From Octopus vulgaris (lineage: Eukaryota): a DNA stretch of 64,000 nucleotides. The notes under the pieces are model-generated. The model had not been told where the DNA came from, made no database searches, and saw nothing but the letters and a program-made list of their open reading frames with translations. Both the position numbers and the translations under genes were made by a program. This document shows, one piece after another, positions 37,693 through 50,561 of the stretch; positions within the stretch are counted from its first letter, which is position 1; each line of letters opens with the position of its first letter. The DNA lies in contig OX597817.1 of assembly GCA_951406725.2 (NCBI GenBank), forward strand, positions 149,606,001 to 149,670,000, read 5' to 3'.

Positions 37693-38405
37693 AAATCCTT
37701 AAATCCTTAAAAATGTTTCAGCCCGGAAGCTGCGGTCATGCTGGGGCACCACCGTTGATTGTGCTACACTAGTATGTGAAACCACCTCTGATACGTGGCA
37801 CTTAGTCAACAAGCGAGTTTGACGCCGCTGCCCGCATCAGTGTTTCCTGCTGAGAGGAAGGTTCATCTGATACCCCTGACAAGAAGAGACTGAGTTTAGT
37901 TTCAAAGAAACCCACACCACACTCAGGCATTTAGGAACGATATTGAAGAGCTGTGGTCCCCTTAAACCCAAGCTGTTGCAGTATCTGGTCCTGTATTTTA
38001 ATGTGATGTTGGGATCTTTGGCACCATTCAGTGGTGCCCCGTTCTGCTGTTAGGGTAACTTTCAATGCCAAAATTTGGGACAATATCCTCCAGAATTTTC
38101 CAGATGTATATCACTACATATCTCTCCCGCCTTCGCTCCAGAGAGAAGAGTTTTAATACTTTCAGTTTTTCCCAGTAGCTAATATGTTGCATTGAGACGA
38201 TCTTCTTAGTGTAGCTTCGTTGGATTGCTTCGAGTCCTGCTGTTAACTTTATATTGTGTGGTGACCATAGTTGGGAGCAGTAGTCCAAGCGTCTGAGGAC
38301 GAATGTCCTCCAAAGGATCATCAGAATCTCCTCTCTTGTTCTGAAAGTTCGGCGGATCCATGCAGCTAGCCGTCTACATTTTATTACCAAATTGGCAATA
38401 TGCAC
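37693..38405 (-). mobile_element. CR1-group LINE, 3' part of ORF2 and 3' UTR
   Basis: WIRRTFRTR..LDYCSQLWSPH..LEAIQRSYTKKI..SYWEKLKVLKLFSLERRRER is a typical CR1-group post-RT region; ends with GGTGGTGCCCCAGCATGACCGCAGC..GCTGAAAC. Confidence 0.9.
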
Positions 38406-38412
38406 TTAGAAA

Positions 38413-38474
<62 letters not shown>

Positions 38475-38475
<1 letters not shown>

Positions 38476-38870
38476 TAGCAGCTAAGCCCGGTTTCACCCG
38501 GTCTGTTTGGATGATGTGGCTGTGATCGTTTTCTCTTTAACAGCGTTTCTCAACCTTAGCATTTCGGATCCCCTGTTTCGATTGCAGCCTCCAGCTATAT
38601 GAAAATTTCCTGATTCCACCCCGTCAGAAAACAGCTTCTGAGCAACTGGTTGTTTTAATGGCAGAAGAAAGAGGGAAATTCCAGTAGAAAACGTTTTAAT
38701 CGATTTTCTCGGTAAGTATGGTGAGTAGGAAAAATACAAACTGCATTCCAATCTATGCACCTGTCTCCACATGTGTACCATTTTTCACGCGAATCCACCC
38801 AGCCATTTGGCTCTGAACCTCAAGGCAAGAAAGAATACAACGATCGGTCATGTTCAATTTATATCATAGA
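38475..38870 (-). mobile_element. Non-autonomous Helitron inserted in (TA)n
   Basis: Minus strand A|TCTATGATATAAA ... CCGGGTGAAACCGGGCTTAGCTGCTAG|T. Confidence 0.82.
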
Positions 38871-38994
38871 TATATATATATATATAGTTAATCCAAACAA
38901 GAAAACACAAAAAAAAACAAAAAAGCACAACAACGCGAGAACGTGGAACAAATAAAGTATTATAGGATGCTCAGGAAAGAAGGGAAGAAGGAGG

Positions 38995-39029
38995 GTTTAA
39001 CGTTTCGAGCGGAGCTCTTCATCGGAAAC
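38995..39029 (-). ncRNA. Variant minimal hammerhead (CCGAUGA core) within a repeat of about 200 bp (38886-39099)
   Basis: GUUU-CCGAUGA-A-GAGC(UCC)GCUC-GAA-ACGU-U-AAAC. Confidence 0.65.
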
Positions 39030-39096
39030 ATAGGAGAAGGAAAGATCCCGAGAAGGGAAGACAGAGGGAAAAAATCACCAGTGGTACTCACGAGGT

Positions 39097-39158
<62 letters not shown>

Positions 39159-39164
39159 TAGATC

Positions 39165-39252
<88 letters not shown>

Positions 39253-39258
39253 TAGATA

Positions 39259-39300
<42 letters not shown>

Positions 39301-40149
39301 GTGATAATAGGGAAGAAGTTTCTTCTTGAAGTGAAACAGTTTATTGAAACAGATATTTGCTGTATTTTAGGAATGTCATTCTGCCCCAATAAAACTAGCA
39401 ATGGCTGTATTTCATTTCTTTATTAATTGATTCGTCAAACTCCTTCGTTATACGTACATATGTAACCTCTTCAAAAGTGGCAGTTTGATTTTTCAGCGTT
39501 CGGTCTTTATATATTAGTCGTGGGGAGTGTATGGTGTGTAAGAGTATGCATGAATATGTAAGTATGTGTGAGCATGTATTTGATGTCGTGATCACGTGTG
39601 GTGAGCGTTGGTGTGGTGATGTATATACGGTTGTGCGTTTCTGTTTTTGATAAACGTTATTTTCCTTTTTGATTTTTCTGTCAACTGCATTGGGTTTTAA
39701 TTTATGGTGGTGGTTTCTTCAGCAGATAAGATGCGGGAGCTGTGTGTGTATCTGTCAGCTTAATTTAATTTAATTTATGGTTATCTTATCATTACATAAG
39801 TTGTAAGGGTTGTGGATGTGGATATGGATGCTACGTTCATTATCTTCTTATTTCTTTCATGGTGTGCTGTGTGTGTATAGCTGTTGCCATTTTCAGTTTG
39901 TCTATCATAATGCAAGCTATTTTATCTTGTATATTTTATTTTTTATATATTGATGATTTATATTATATTATATTATATTATAATGTTCTTCGATTGGGAT
40001 GGTGGATTGGCAAAAGCGTTAAAGCACTTGACAACATACTTTGCGGTATTTGTTCCATCTCTTAAATCTGTAAGTTCAAACCCTGCCGAGGTCAACTTTA
40101 ATCTTTCTCTTAGAATCAATAAAATAAAATCCAAGCCAAATACTGGGGT

Positions 40150-40592
40150 AGAAAGGAAAGTGGGAGTAGAGAGGCAAGTTTTGTCTAGTGAATGTTTCAA
40201 AAAAAGATGGGTGAATGTAGCAAGGATGGCACGTATGAATGACGAAGCCACCTTGAGCATAATCCTATGAACCCGGAAAAATTTAAAACAGAGAGTTACT
40301 TACTTGCAAATAAATGTGTTAACATGTGACATTATTGACCGAGGTTTCCGTGGTCTTTTCCGTAGGCGTTTCTTTCCACGGATAAACCTTATCTGTTTCC
40401 CCCTTTACACTTTACATCATGACATTTCTGTGATACACGATCCCTATTGATCGGGGTTTTTTTCTTTTTTTCCCTTTTTACCTTCCCTTTTGATCGAAAA
40501 CCTACCCCACTTTATTTTCTCCCCAAAAAGAAAAGCTGTACTTTGTAATTTGTCCCGTCTGTGTTCAGCCCTGTGGCTAATAAAGAAACATA
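40150..40592 (+). mobile_element. 3' end of L1/Tx1-like LINE (ORF2 C-terminus and 3' UTR)
   Basis: RKVGVERQVLSSECFKKRWVNVARMARMNDEATLSIIL* fits the L1/Tx1 terminal E......F...W pattern as I recall it; UTR ends with AATAAAGAAA. Confidence 0.65.
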
Positions 40593-41075
40593 TGTCTACC
40601 TACATTAGGTTAAAGCACACGCACACACACACACATATACAGTTTCTCTCTCCCTCTCCTACAAAGAAGACCGCTTCTACCTATTAAAAACTATAGCGAA
40701 AAAGAGGATACAGCGTACCGCGATTCTGTGTATTATCTGTCTTACTTAGTTAAACTATCTGCCTTGCTGCATGTAGACAGATTCCATCACTTGGAGTCCC
40801 TTCTCTTGTCATTTATATTCCGACATTGTTTATCGATCCGTCTTATTTAATACCAAGATGCATCCGTGTAACGTAGATGCTGGTGTATTTTTTCTATTTT
40901 ACACACACGCTCCTTAATTCTTTCATCTAAACTATGGGATGTTACTCCTATATATAGATTGTAATGGCGCCACACCATTCGTCTAGACATTTCTTACTTT
41001 TTACTACTCTCCTAGCTCTGCAGGTTATCTGTGAGTTGATTTCCTAATTTATGCAGTTATGACTAGTGCATAGTA

Positions 41076-41430
41076 AGGCGACGAGTAAAGCAGAATCGTT
41101 AGTACACCGGGCAAAATGCTTAGCGGCATTTCGTCCATCTTTACATTCTGAGTTCAAATTCCGCCGAGGTCGACTTTACCTTTCAGGGTCGATAATATAA
41201 GTACAAGTTGAGCACTAGAGATCGATGTAATCGACTTGCGCCGTCCCCAGAAATTGCTTTGTGCAAATAGCAGAAAGGATCATTAATACAAAATATAAAA
41301 CGACAAGCTGGCAGAATCATAAGTGTTGCAAAAAATGCTTTGCAACATTTGTTCCGGTTCAATACGTTCTCAGTTCAAATTCCAGCGAGATGATATTTGA
41401 CTTTCTGGCCTTGTGCCTAAATCAGAACCA
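41076..41430 (+). mobile_element. Two diverged SINE B copies
   Basis: Head and core matches. Confidence 0.8.
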
Positions 41431-41446
41431 TTATTAGTAGAAAGTA

Positions 41447-41564
41447 TTTTACGGCCATATCACGTTGAAAGCATCGGTTTTCGTCCGATCACCGAGGTTA
41501 AGGAACGTCGAGCCTAGTTAGTACTTAAATGGGTGACCGCTTGGGAAACATTGGCGCTGTAATC
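41447..41564 (+). pseudogene. 5S rRNA pseudogene
   Basis: TACGGCCATATCACGTTGAAAGCATCGGTTTTCGTCCGATCACCGAGGTTAAGGAACGTCGAGCCTAGTTAGTACTTAAATGGGTGACCGCTTGGGAA matches invertebrate 5S with many substitutions; single copy with no oligo-T terminator. Confidence 0.9.
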
Positions 41565-41577
41565 GTCACACATTTAT

Positions 41578-41993
41578 AGGCGCAGGAGTGGCTGTGTGGT
41601 AAGTAGCTTGCTTACCAACCACATGGTTCCGGGTTCAGTCCCACTGCGTGGCATCTTGGGCAAGTGTCTTCTACTATAGCCGCAGGCCGACCAAAGCCTT
41701 GTGAGTGGATTTGGTAGACGGAAACTGAAAGAGGCTTGTCGTATATATTTATAAATATATGTATCCGTGTGTATATGTTTGTGTGTTTGTTTGTCCCCCC
41801 AACATCACTTGACAACCGATGCTGGTGTGTTTACGTCCTCGTAACTTAGCGGTTCGGCAAAAGAAACCTATAGAATAAGTACTATGCTTACAAAGAATAA
41901 GTCATGGGGTCTATTTGCTCGACTAAAGGTGGTGCTCCAGCATGGCCGCAGTCAAATGACTGAAACAAGTAAAAGAGTAAAAGAGTAAAAGAA
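41578..41993 (+). mobile_element. SINE family A
   Basis: Full copy. Confidence 0.93.
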
Positions 41994-42427
41994 AAGTCCA
42001 GGAACATTTCGATACCACCTCAAATACGACTTACTGATTGGTTATTTGTCAGCAACTTTAAGTTTTTGCGCCGTGAAAGGATATTCTAAACATATTTGGT
42101 AGTTCACTTCTAGACGTATTCCCTACAAACTTTACCTCCAAAAGATTTTGCTTACACCTAAGTGTGTGCATCTATTCACATCAGAATCTCACAAGGAGAA
42201 TTTCTGGAATGTCTCACAAATATTCACTGTGTGGGTTTAGAGAATCAGCGCCATTTTCTTTTGCTCTTTTTCCGTGAAACCAAGTGTTTCTACGTCTATG
42301 GGAAAATTTGTTGGTACATAACCTAATGTATCTATGACGTTAGATACAAATGAGAATTCATTGTCAGGATACAAGAGCTGCAGTTCCGTATTCACCATAA
42401 ATGTTCTTTTTTCCAGGAATTTTGATT

Positions 42428-42925
<498 letters not shown>

Positions 42926-43158
42926 CGACGAGTTTGACACCGTCCCTGACATTTGGACACCCTACATTCAGACCAGTTCTCTGACTGAAGTAAGCCTCTT
43001 GCTACCAATCTTCGAAGTTCCGAAAAAACAACATCATGGGCACTGTCCCTCTTCATCTGACTACATCATAATTTCTTTTTAAATAATAATTAAACGAAGA
43101 GTTTACGGCAGGGCAATATGATGCTGAGTATACATTCATTTATACATGCATACATACA

Positions 43159-43515
43159 GCGCTCCGGTGGTACGACGACGAGCGTTCCAGTTGATCCAAT
43201 GCACGGAACAGCCTGCTTGTGAAATTAACGTGCAAGTAGCTGAGCACTCCACAGACACGTGTACCCTCGGGGAGATTCAACGTTACACAGAGTGTGACAA
43301 GGCTGGACTTTTGAAGTGCAGGTACAACAGAAACAGAAAGAAGAGTAAGAGAAAGTTGTGGTGAAAGAGTACGGCAGGGTTCGCCACCACCCGCTGTTGG
43401 AAGCTCGTGGAGTTTTAAGTGTTTTCGCTCAATAAACACTCACAACGCTCGGTCTGAGAATCGAAACCGCGATCCTACGAACGAGAGTCCGCTGCTCTGA
43501 CCACTGGACCATTGT
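43159..43515 (-). mobile_element. SINE family C
   Basis: Reverse complement of 45835-46217. Confidence 0.9.
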
Positions 43516-43706
43516 GTGTATGTGTATGCAAGTATACATACATACATATGTATATGTATGTATATACATACATACATATATATATGTGTGTGTGTGTGTG
43601 TGTGTCTATGTATATATAGTGGATATATATATGTATATATATATATGGATGTATGTGTGTATATATATATATATGTGTGTGTGTATGTATATATAGTGGG
43701 TCTATG

Positions 43707-43753
<47 letters not shown>

Positions 43754-44078
43754 AAGTATGTATGTGTATATATATATATGTGTGTGTGCGTATGTATATG
43801 TCTATATGTTTTAATCTTTTACCTTTTACTTGTTTCAATCATTAGACGGCGGCCATGCTGGAGCACCACCTTTGCATCATTAGTTATAGATTTCGAATAC
43901 ACTAATCATTACTTCACTGCCTTTGTGATGGCAAAAGTGACACGGAATGTCGGTGCAATTTGGATGGAATAAATACCACCAGTTATTTCGTCTTATTTAC
44001 ATACACAAGTTTATTGATTTTCTCGTTAATGCACATTAATGAAGCATGTAAATACACACACATATATACGCATGTTTT

Positions 44079-44146
44079 TGTATGTATGTATGTATGTATG
44101 TATGTATGTATGTATGTATGTATGTATGTATGTATGTAGATAGATT

Positions 44147-44200
<54 letters not shown>

Positions 44201-44308
44201 CAGACAGGCAGGTAGGTAGGTAGGTAGGTAGGTAGGTAGGCAGACAGACGGACGGACAGATGAATAGATAGATAGATAGACGGACGACGGCTGGACAGAC
44301 AGACAGAC

Positions 44309-44380
<72 letters not shown>

Positions 44381-44602
44381 GGATGGACGGACAGACGGAC
44401 AGACAGATAGATAGGCTGACGGACAGATAGATAGATAAACGGAGGGACGGACAGAGAGACAGACAGAGAGACAGGCAGACAGACAGACGGATGGATGGAC
44501 AGACAGATTGACGGACGGAAAGACAGACAGATCGATAGACAGACGGACGGATGAACGGAGAGACAGACAGACGGACGGACAGACAGTCAGACAGACAGAT
44601 AG

Positions 44603-44701
<99 letters not shown>

Positions 44702-44735
44702 TGGGCGGACGGACGGACAGACAGACAGACAGATA
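44079..44735. repeat. Compound tetranucleotide array (TATG, GATA, GGTA, GACA, GACG)
   Basis: Direct reading; accounts for the 264 aa and 237 aa ORFs. Confidence 0.97.
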
Positions 44736-45600
44736 TATATGAAACGCACTATGTGCGGGCTTCTGCAAATTTTTCATGAATTAAATTTCGTTTACAAGTT
44801 ATCGATCAATCCAAGGCTACAGTAGACGTTGCAAAAAAATTTTCCAAAGTGCTGCGAAGTTGGATCGAACCCGAAGCTATGTGAATGGGAAACAAACTTC
44901 TTAACCACACAGCTCTACCCGAGCCCTTGTTTAGGGTACAACTTATGATTTTAAAACAGCTGCAAGAGATACATTTTGCTTTGATCCAAGCATGTAGCTG
45001 ACAAATTTCCTTAACAGTACAGTCAGTGTTATTTACTGCAAAGATAAACAATTTTAAACGGTTGCTGCTTTGAAATATTCCCATCAATCGACTGTTCCTA
45101 CGTCAGGCTATTCAAGTTGTTTCCTAGTGATAGCTGAATAGACCAGATTTTTCATTTGTCTTTCAATGCCATTGACTTCAATGATAATTGTACTGTGATT
45201 CTAAAACCGATAAATCTTGGGTCCTTGCCAAAAATTATGTTAATTCCTCGTAACAGCATGTTTATGCATGCGTATAATTTTTCTTTCTTCTTTATTGCTT
45301 TGAATAAATTTGAAGATCTAAAACCATTTTAACTTTATGAAACCGACTAAATAAACAGCCCCGCTTTTCTCAAAGTTCCCCCTAAAACTCGGTAGAATCC
45401 CGGACTTCATCCTTTTATACTATATCCTTTTATAGAGATACTATATGCAAGCAAACACACAGTTACGTTAATTAGTAATACGACACATAATGCCCGGTGA
45501 ACATATAAAGTTAATTAAAAATAATAATGGGGTAAAGAAAACAATAATCAATCACTAATAATATATATTATAATTATTGCAGCAAGTACCTGAGATAACT

Positions 45601-45635
45601 TTGGACGAGTTTCAGTCTTATTCGACCTCCTCAAC
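45601..45635 (-). ncRNA. Degenerate hammerhead motif
   Basis: UUGAGGA-GGUC(GAAUAA)GACU-GAA-AC(UC)GU-C; C3 is changed and stem I is poor. Confidence 0.45.
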
Positions 45636-45834
45636 GGAGTACAGACTTCGCAGTTGTTGCCGAAAGAGTGACAAGAGAATCACGAACTAAATATGAAAAT
45701 ATTATTCGCTAGATTAGTACAAACATTTTACTTCCATATCCCACTATATTTTTAGTGATATTCAGTGATATACGAAAGATCCTGCAGGGGCTGGCACCAA
45801 ACTTTGACATCGAGTGTTATACTAACCTCTGAGT

Positions 45835-46217
45835 GGAGGCGCAATGGCCCAGTGGTTAGGGCAGCGGACTCGCGGTCATAGGATCGCGGTTTCGATTCCC
45901 AGACCGGGCGTTGTGAGTGTTTATTGAGCGAAAACGCCTAAAAGCTCCACGAGGCTCTGGCAGGGGATGGTGGTGATCCCTGCTGTACTCTTTCACCACA
46001 ACTTTCTCTCACTCTTACTTCCTGTTTCTGTTGTACCTGTATTTCAAAGGGCCGGCCTTGTCACTCTCTGTGTCACGCTGAATATCCCGAGAACTACGTT
46101 AAGGGTACACATGTCTGTGGAGTGCTCAGCCACTTACACGTTAATTTCACGAGCAGGCTGTTCCGTTGATTCGGATCAACCGGAACCCTCATCGTCGTAA
46201 CCAACGGAGTGCTTCCA
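45835..46217 (+). mobile_element. SINE family C (tRNA-derived)
   Basis: A box TGGCCCAGTGG, B-box-like GTTTCGATTCC, tail TCGTCGTAACCAACGGAGTG. Confidence 0.9.
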
Positions 46218-46289
46218 CAAACATCTGAACAGGACTCTTTGGCACAGTGCCAAAGGTCCCAACCACACCGTATAGAGAAATGGTCAGGT

Positions 46290-46570
46290 ACTTCAATAGT
46301 TCGGATCCACAGCTGTTTAATATCTTTCCAAAGACTGAGCGATTTACATGGATTAGGGGTAGATGTTTTCAAGACACACTTTGTTCATCTGCTGTACAAG
46401 ATCCTAAATGAAACTCACGCAAGAAACTCAAAGAATATTGGCAAATATCAAATTCCCTCATTCATCAAAGGCCAACCACATCTGAACAGCCTTTGTAAAG
46501 GCAATGAAAATGGCGGTGCCCCAGCAAGGCCACAGCCGCTGGAATGGAAAATAAAGAAATAAAAGAATAA
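46290..46570 (+). mobile_element. 3' end of CR1-group LINE
   Basis: LSDLHGLGVDVFK..LNE; tail GGCGGTGCCCCAGCAAGGCCACAGC. Confidence 0.75.
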
Positions 46571-47039
46571 CAGATAAATTGAATTCGAACTGCAAAAGCA
46601 CAAATCTAATGCCGCAAATGGCTTAGTACAAGTTTGACCGCTTCCTTTGTTCCTCGTGTTCAAGGCGGAGTAAATTGGTTTCACAGAATGGCTCCATATC
46701 TGTCGGATCAGGCTTCACTGATTAACATAGTGTTCCTCTTTTGATGGAATACATCTCTGGTGGTAGAGAAACCGGCTTCCGCAAGTCACATGGTTGCAAA
46801 AGAGGCTATAGTTGATTCGATCGTCATGAAATATTCTGGATTTGTGTCAGTAATTAGCAGGAAATAGGCGCGTGCGTGGCCGTTTAGTAAGAAGCTTGCA
46901 TCCCAACCACATGGTCCTGGGTTCAGTTCCATTGCGTGGCAGCTTGGGCAAGTGTCTTCTACTATTGCCACGAGTTGCCCAAAGCCCTATGAGTGGATTT
47001 GGTAAACGGAAACTGAAAGAAGACCGTCGTGTATGTATG

Positions 47040-47076
<37 letters not shown>

Positions 47077-47196
47077 CATTATAAAACCATATTTCAACTA
47101 CCTTCAAATTCTGTTCTTTCAACATGTGATCTCTTAAGCACCACCAGCTCAAATATTCTCCTCTGTCTTCCCTCCTTGGGATCTTTCCTTCTCCTT

Positions 47197-47231
47197 GTTT
47201 CCGACGAAGAGCTCCGCTCGAAACGTTAAAC
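47197..47231 (+). ncRNA. Variant minimal hammerhead (CCGACGA core), second copy of the repeat (47160-47352)
   Basis: GUUU-CCGACGA-A-GAGC(UCC)GCUC-GAA-ACGU-U-AAAC; differs from the 38995 copy only at variable position 7. Confidence 0.65.
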
Positions 47232-47385
47232 CCTCCTTCCCTTCTTTCCTGAGCGTCAATAATACTTTAATTGTTCCACGTCCTGCGTTGCTGTGTTTTT
47301 TTTCTCTCTTTTTTTTCTCTTTTTTCTGTGTTTTCTTGTTTGGATTAACTATATATATATATATATATATAAATATATATACAGA

Positions 47386-47889
47386 AAAATCCCATCAGAC
47401 TTGCCTAAGGAGGATACTAGGTATCAAGTGGAAGTCTTTAGCACCAAACGCCGTAGTTGGGCACCTTGCTAGGATGCAGGATGATAGGTTGCCAAAGCAG
47501 TAGATTTACAGGGAGTTGCAGCGTGGCAAATATCCGAGACATAAACCTAAGAAACGTTTTAGAGATGCTGTCAAAAGCAACCTTAAGACTCTTAATGAGA
47601 AAGTTGAAGACTGGGAGCAGGTGACGCAAGATCGATCGGTTTGGAAACAAATGATCTACAATAGATGTAAAGCATTTGAAGCTCAAAGAATTGAACAATC
47701 TATCTTGAAACGAGCTCTTCGAAGACAGGACTTAACTACAATCCCAGACACTTTTCTGCTTAAAAATATTTTTAAGATCTGCAGTAGGGTTTGCTTGTCA
47801 AGAGCCGGACTTGCTAGTCATATAAGATCTCATGACAGTATTTATTAAATGAAGAGATGGCCTTCTCCCGTAAAAAAGTGGCAATCATC

Positions 47890-47890
<1 letters not shown>
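47386..47890 (+). mobile_element. RTE (BovB-like) LINE 3' fragment
   Basis: HQTCLRRILGIKW, GHLARMQDDRLPKQ, KRFRDAVK, DRSVW and terminal CSRVCLSRAGLASHIRSH. Confidence 0.92.
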
Positions 47891-47969
<79 letters not shown>

Positions 47970-49341
47970 ATATATGCGTATGTCTTAATATATGTGTTTA
48001 TGTTCACGTAACGTAGCGGTTCGACAAAACAGACTGATAGAATAAGTAGTTGGCTTTTAAAAAAGTACTGGGGTCGATTCATTTGACTGAAAATTCTTCA
48101 AAGCGGTACTCCAGCATGGGAGACTATTTTCTTTTGAACTGCAGTTAGTGTTATCGCCAATTATGTGGTCTGCACCCTCACCTGGTTCACAGTCTCGTAT
48201 GTACAGTTGCGTCACAAAGATGTCGCCATATTTAAATTATCCTGAAAATGGTTTTCGAAATTTTTATATCAGCTGTTCAATAAATGGTCAACGCAGACAG
48301 TCCTCTGGTGTATGATGTTTGCAAACTTTTGAAAAACAACTGAGTATGTTTTGTTTGCTTTTCGTTTCGTATTTGTTTGTTTGGGGGTTTGTTTGTCTTT
48401 TTTACTATTGGGCTTTCTGTTATTTTGTCTGTTCGTCTTTTTTTAGATTGTGCCAATAAAACAATTTGTTCCTGAAACCTTTAATCTTTTGACAGCTTCT
48501 CACAAAATCAAATGTTCGCCCTTAGAGTATTCCATTTCATTTGATCATTGACTTCAACAAATCATTTAAATAAAACTAAAAAACATATATACTCAAAATT
48601 TTATTTCAACATTTATATATTGGTCAACAGTTAATCTGGCCTTTGCTACTGGTTTAAATTTTTTTGTAAATGTGTATGTGTGCTCAGGGGTCATTCAGTG
48701 ATGGCTTCAAATGTAAAGAGTTGAAGAGTGGCAGCCATAGTTATGATAACTATCGACATTATCCCCTTTGGATAACCACCGTTCTTCCATGTGCAGCAAC
48801 ATATTTTTAAATTTCTCAGCATCACATTAATATTTAAAAATTATATTATTTTCTGAAAATGAAACCGAGAAGGTGAGGCTTTGTCCGTGTTATCATCCAA
48901 GTGCTTTATCCCGGGGAGGGGGCGTTTATGAATAATGCAGTACAGTTCTTTCATTATTTATATTTTCTTTGCTTCAATCATTGGACTGCCGCCATGTTGG
49001 AGCACCTCTTTGGAGGGTTTACTCCGACAAACGACCCCCCCCCCCAGTAGTTACTTTAAGCTTGTTATTTATTCTCTCTGTCTCTTTTATTGAACCGCTA
49101 AGTTTCGGGGACGTATACAAACCAACACCTGCGCGCCAAGCCAGCGAGGTGGCACCCTTCGAAAGTTACAACAAAGCAAAGCGCATTGTGACCAGCGATG
49201 AATAACATCCGATAGTCTGATAAATACTGTTATACCGTGATATATGTATATATATATATATATATATATCAAAATAAAATAAAATTGATCACCACCAAAC
49301 GGTATACACAGGTGCTTATAATTATCAAGTACTCACCCCGA

Positions 49342-49384
<43 letters not shown>

Positions 49385-49426
49385 TGTATGTGCATATATA
49401 TGTGTGTGTATGTATATATATACATA

Positions 49427-49661
49427 CAGTTGCGGCCAAAATGTTCAGAACGGCATTTTGGCCGCCATGGGTTTTGCAGTAAATCACTAAATCATCCATA
49501 ACTTTTGTATTATCCTCTCAAATTACACCAAAATCTCAGACAATAACAATTAATATTGTATTTATTGTCTGTGAAAATTATAGAATATAAAACAACTTTG
49601 ATAAAAACTTATACCTACTTTTCTGGCGAAAACAATGCCGTTCTGAACATTTTGGCCGCAA

Positions 49662-49664
<3 letters not shown>
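49427..49664. mobile_element. Tc1-type MITE (238 bp)
   Basis: Perfect 31 bp TIR CAGTTGCGGCCAAAATGTTCAGAACGGCATT with TA flanks. Confidence 0.93.
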
Positions 49665-49696
<32 letters not shown>

Positions 49697-50224
49697 TGAG
49701 TCACGGTACGTATACATACACACATACGCACATATATATATATACACGCGCATTTACGTTTACATATACATATATATGTGTGTATGTGCATACGTGTGTA
49801 CATGTGCCAATGTGGGTTTGTATATATGTATGAGTATATATATTTATGTGCTGTGTGTTCAAGCTTGTCTATGTGTTTAATAGACGTTTACCTTGTCAAA
49901 CCGATGGCTCACGACTCTACTGTTCATTTGCCACTTAACAATATCTATTATCCGATATTTCGCCGTAATATGTCGATTATATTTTAAAAAAATCTAGTCT
50001 ATTTTGGTTGAATGTTGGCAATCAATCCGATCAATTTCAGTTGCTCCTATTTGTTATCGAACTGTAATTACAGAACAGTGCTATAACATGTTCAACGTCT
50101 AAATCGTGAGAGCTTCGAGTTGTGTTAGATTTTTCTTTGGCCACATGATCGATAACGCCAATAACACGGAGGGTGTAGGTTTTCGAAATACTCGAAATCT
50201 TATCGCGATCGATCTTTCTTTTAC

Positions 50225-50339
50225 TGATGCTACTACTTCTGATACTACTGTTGCTACTGTTGCTGCTGCTGGTACTAGTACTACTACATGTAATAGTGGT
50301 AGCAACGGTAACAGTAGCACCAGCAGTGATGACAGCAGC

Positions 50340-50396
<57 letters not shown>

Positions 50397-50397
50397 C

Positions 50398-50450
<53 letters not shown>

Positions 50451-50451
50451 C

Positions 50452-50503
<52 letters not shown>

Positions 50504-50530
50504 CAAGAAGTAGTAGCAGCAGCAGCAGCG

Positions 50531-50561
<31 letters not shown>

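Larger units (their letters stand above)
46866..48119 (+). mobile_element. SINE A apparently split by insertions in its internal microsatellite
   Basis: 5' half 46866-47030 and 3' half about 47995-48119, separated by (TA)n tracts, a hammerhead repeat and an RTE fragment. Confidence 0.7.

Noticed and set aside
45835-45910. tRNA-like sequences (also 36124-36195 and 56930-57004)
   Set aside because: They are SINE heads continuing into SINE bodies, with no proper acceptor stem or terminator
48138-48345. Acceptor-like site followed by a 62-codon open frame
   Set aside because: No recognisable protein similarity and no convincing in-frame donor
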